18,478 nucleotides of DNA from a virus (lineage: Duplodnaviria; Heunggongvirae; Uroviricota; Caudoviricetes), in IMG/VR virus record IMGVR_UViG_2671180637_000005; one strand, given 5' to 3'. The position numbers and the translations under genes were made by a program. The notes under the pieces are model-generated. The model did not search any database, was not told the origin of the DNA, and saw nothing but the letters and a program-made list of their open reading frames with translations. Position 1 is the stretch's first letter, and every line of letters starts with the position of its first letter. Positions 15,885-18,478 of this stretch are shown in pieces.

Positions 15885-16583
15885 ATGCAGGATATTCCAC
15901 AGGAAACACATCATGAGACGACACGCCTCACTCAGTCAGCCCAGGTGGTGCTCTGGGAAATCGATCTGACAGAGGTCGGTGGTGAACGTTATTTTTTCTG
16001 TAATGAGCAGAACGAAAAAGGTGAGCCGGTTACCTGGCAGGGGCGGCAGTATCAGGCATACCCCATTCAGGGGACGGGATTTGAACTGAATGGCAAGGGC
16101 AGTGCTGCCCGTCCGACACTGACGGTTTCTAACCTGCACGGCATGGTCACCGGGATGGCGGAAGACCTGCAGAGTCTGGTCGGCGGAACGGTGGTCCGGC
16201 GTAAGGTTTACGCCCGTTTTCTGGATGCGGTGAACTTCGTCAACGGAAACAGTGACGCCGATCCGGAGCAGGAGGTGATCAGCCGCTGGCGCATCGAGCA
16301 GTGCAGCGAACTGAGCGCGGTGAGTGCCTCTTTTGTACTGTCAACGCCGACGGAAACGGACGGTGCCGTTTTTCCGGGACGTATCATGCTGGCCAACACC
16401 TGCACCTGGACCTATCGCGGTGACGAGTGCGGTTATCACGGTCCGGCGGTCGCGGATGAATATGATCAGCCGACGTCCGATATCACGAAGGATAAATGCA
16501 GCAAATGCCTGAGCGGCTGTAAGTTCCGCAATAATGTCGGCAACTTTGGCGGCTTCCTTTCCATTAACAAACTTTCGCAGTGA
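15885..16583 (+). CDS. L: tail tip protein L (lambda gpL-like)
   Basis: 232 aa, nearly identical to recalled lambda L (MQDI.QET...VVLWEIDLTEVGGERYFFCNEQNEKGEPVTWQGRQYQ...). RBS AGGAGG. Confidence 0.95.
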   Translation: MQDIPQETHHETTRLTQSAQVVLWEIDLTEVGGERYFFCNEQNEKGEPVTWQGRQYQAYPIQGTGFELNGKGSAARPTLTVSNLHGMVTGMAEDLQSLVGGTVVRRKVYARFLDAVNFVNGNSDADPEQEVISRWRIEQCSELSAVSASFVLSTPTETDGAVFPGRIMLANTCTWTYRGDECGYHGPAVADEYDQPTSDITKDKCSKCLSGCKFRNNVGNFGGFLSINKLSQ

Positions 16584-17332
16584 ATCCCATGACAGAGACA
16601 GAATCAGCGATTCTGGCGCACGCCCGGCGATGTGCGCCAGCGGAGTCGTGCGGCTTCGTGGTGAGAACACCGGAGGGGGAAAGATATTTTCCCTGCGTGA
16701 ATATCTCCGGTGAGCCGGAGGCGTATTTCCGGATGTCGCCGGAGGACTGGCTGAGTGCAGAAATGCAGGGAGAGATTGTGGCGCTGGTCCACAGCCACCC
16801 CGGTGGTCTGCCCTGGCTGAGTGAGGCCGACCGGCGGCTGCAGGTGCAGAGTGATTTGCCGTGGTGGCTGGTCTGCCGGGGGGCGATTCATAAATTCCGC
16901 TGTGTGCCGCATCTCACCGGGCGGCGCTTTGAGCACGGGGTGACGGACTGTTACACGCTGTTCCGGGACGCTTACCATCTGGCGGGAATTGAGATGCCGG
17001 ATTTTCATCGCGGGGATGACTGGTGGCGTAACGGTCAGAATCTCTATCTTGACAATATGGAGGCAACGGGTTTTTACCGTGTCCCACTGACAGAGGCGCA
17101 GCCTGGCGACGTGCTGTTGTGCTGTTTTGGTTCATCGGTGCCGAATCATGCCGCCATTTACTGTGGCGACGGCGAGCTGCTGCACCATATTCCTGAACAA
17201 CTGAGTAAACGAGAGAGGTACACCGACAAATGGCAGCGACGCACACACTCCCTCTGGCGTCACCGGGCATGGCACGCATCTGCCTTTACGGGGATTTGCA
17301 ACGATTTGGTCGCCGTATCGACCTTCGTGTGA
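16580..17332 (+). CDS. K: tail tip assembly protein K (lambda gpK-like; MPN/JAMM plus NlpC/P60-like domains)
   Basis: Near-identical to recalled lambda K. JAMM motif HSHPGGLPWLSEAD (H-x-H-x7-S-x2-D) present. Frame open from GTG 16580; ATG 16589 is an alternative start. 3' end overlaps gene I by ~100 nt in another frame. Confidence 0.9.
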   Translation: MNPMTETESAILAHARRCAPAESCGFVVRTPEGERYFPCVNISGEPEAYFRMSPEDWLSAEMQGEIVALVHSHPGGLPWLSEADRRLQVQSDLPWWLVCRGAIHKFRCVPHLTGRRFEHGVTDCYTLFRDAYHLAGIEMPDFHRGDDWWRNGQNLYLDNMEATGFYRVPLTEAQPGDVLLCCFGSSVPNHAAIYCGDGELLHHIPEQLSKRERYTDKWQRRTHSLWRHRAWHASAFTGICNDLVAVSTFV

Positions 17333-17901
17333 AAACGGGGGCTGAAGCCATCCGGGCACTGGCCACACAGCTCCCGGTGTTTCGTCAGAAACTGAGCGAC
17401 GGCTGGTATCAGGTACGGATTGCCGGGCGGGACGTCAGCACGTCCGGGTTAACGGCGCAGTTACATGAGACTCTGCCTGATGGCGCTGTGATTCATATTG
17501 TTCCCAGAGTCGCCGGGGCCAAGTCAGGTGGCGTATTCCAGATTGTCCTGGGAGCAGCCGCCATTGCCGGATCATTCTTTACTGCCGGAGCCACCCTTGC
17601 AGCGTGGGGGGCAGCCATTGGGGCCGGTGGTATGACCGGCATCCTGTTTTCTCTCGGTGCCAGTATGGTGCTCGGTGGTGTGGCCCAGATGCTGGCACCG
17701 AAAGCCAGAACTCCCCGTACACAGACAACGGATAACGGCAAACAAAACACCTATTTCTCCTCACTGGATAACATGGTTGCCCAGGGCAATGTTCTGCCCG
17801 TTCTGTACGGTGAAATGCGCGTGGGATCACGTGTGGTTTCTCAGGAGATCAGCACGGCAGACGAAGGGGACGGTGGTCAGGTTGTGGTGATTGGTCGCTG
17901 A
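17230..17901 (+). CDS. I: tail tip assembly protein I (lambda gpI-like)
   Basis: 223 aa, MAATHTLPLASPGMARICLYGDLQRFGRRIDLRVKTGAEAIRALATQLP... nearly identical to recalled lambda I. Confidence 0.9.
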   Translation: MAATHTLPLASPGMARICLYGDLQRFGRRIDLRVKTGAEAIRALATQLPVFRQKLSDGWYQVRIAGRDVSTSGLTAQLHETLPDGAVIHIVPRVAGAKSGGVFQIVLGAAAIAGSFFTAGATLAAWGAAIGAGGMTGILFSLGASMVLGGVAQMLAPKARTPRTQTTDNGKQNTYFSSLDNMVAQGNVLPVLYGEMRVGSRVVSQEISTADEGDGGQVVVIGR

Positions 17902-17920
17902 TGCAAAATGTTTTATGTGA

Positions 17921-17940
17921 AACCGCCTGCGGGCGGTTTT
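17921..17940 (+). terminator. terminator-like hairpin in the I-J intergenic region
   Basis: AACCGCC-TGC-GGGCGGTT followed by TTTG. Confidence 0.35.
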
Positions 17941-17961
17941 GTCATTTATGGAGCGTGAGGA

Positions 17962-18478
17962 ATGGGTAAAGGAAGCAGTAAGGGGCATACCCCGCGCGAA
18001 GCGAAGGACAACCTGAAGTCCACGCAGTTGCTGAGTGTGATCGATGCCATCAGCGAAGGGCCGGTTGAAGGTCCGGTAGATGGATTAAAAAGCGTGCTGC
18101 TGAACAGTACGCCGGTGCTGGACAGTGAGGGGAATACCAACATCTCCGGCGTCACGGTGGTGTTCCGGGCAGGTGAGCAGGAGCAGACACCGCCGGAGGG
18201 ATTTGAATCCTCCGGCTCCGAGACGGTGCTGGGTACGGAAGTGAAATATGACACGCCGATCACCCGGACCATCACGTCGGCAAACATCGACCGACTGCGC
18301 TTTACTTTCGGCGTGCAGGCACTGGTGGAAACCACCTCAAAGGGGGACAGGAATCCATCGGAAGTCCGCCTGCTGGTTCAGATACAACGTAACGGTGGCT
18401 GGGTGACGGAAAAAGACATCACCATTAAGGGTAAAACCACTTCACAGTATCTGGCCTCGGTGGTGGTGGATAACCTGC
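17962..18478 (+). CDS. J: central tail fibre / host specificity protein J, N-terminal part (continues past window end)
   Basis: ATG 17962 after RBS GAGG; MGKGSSKGHTPREAKDNLKSTQLLSVIDAISEGPVEGPVDGLKSVLLNSTPVLD... matches lambda J N-terminus. No stop before the window end. Confidence 0.9.
   Translation, partial: MGKGSSKGHTPREAKDNLKSTQLLSVIDAISEGPVEGPVDGLKSVLLNSTPVLDSEGNTNISGVTVVFRAGEQEQTPPEGFESSGSETVLGTEVKYDTPITRTITSANIDRLRFTFGVQALVETTSKGDRNPSEVRLLVQIQRNGGWVTEKDITIKGKTTSQYLASVVVDNL

Overview
This window is the late region of a lambdoid (lambda-like, cos-packaging) prophage, almost entirely on the + strand. Left to right: (i) an AT-rich accessory segment (1-1000) holding the 3' end of an unidentified ORF, a candidate small membrane peptide, a promoter/terminator unit and a leftward terminator-like structure; (ii) a mosaic lysis cassette, with a phage-21-type pinholin and SAR endolysin followed by lambda-type Rz with embedded Rz1; (iii) a Rha-family regulator gene in moron position; (iv) a cos site whose cosQ/cosN resemble lambda's but with a variant cohesive-end sequence; (v) a head module that is not lambda-identical (small and large GpA-type terminase, portal, ClpP-protease/major-capsid fusion, decoration-like protein, FII-like connector); (vi) a tail module close to lambda (Z, U, V, G, G-T frameshift, H, M, L, K, I, start of J). 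No tRNA, rRNA, CRISPR array, integrase or IS element was seen. All homology statements are from recalled protein sequences, not from a search; the most novel candidates are in the first 1 kb and are predictions only.
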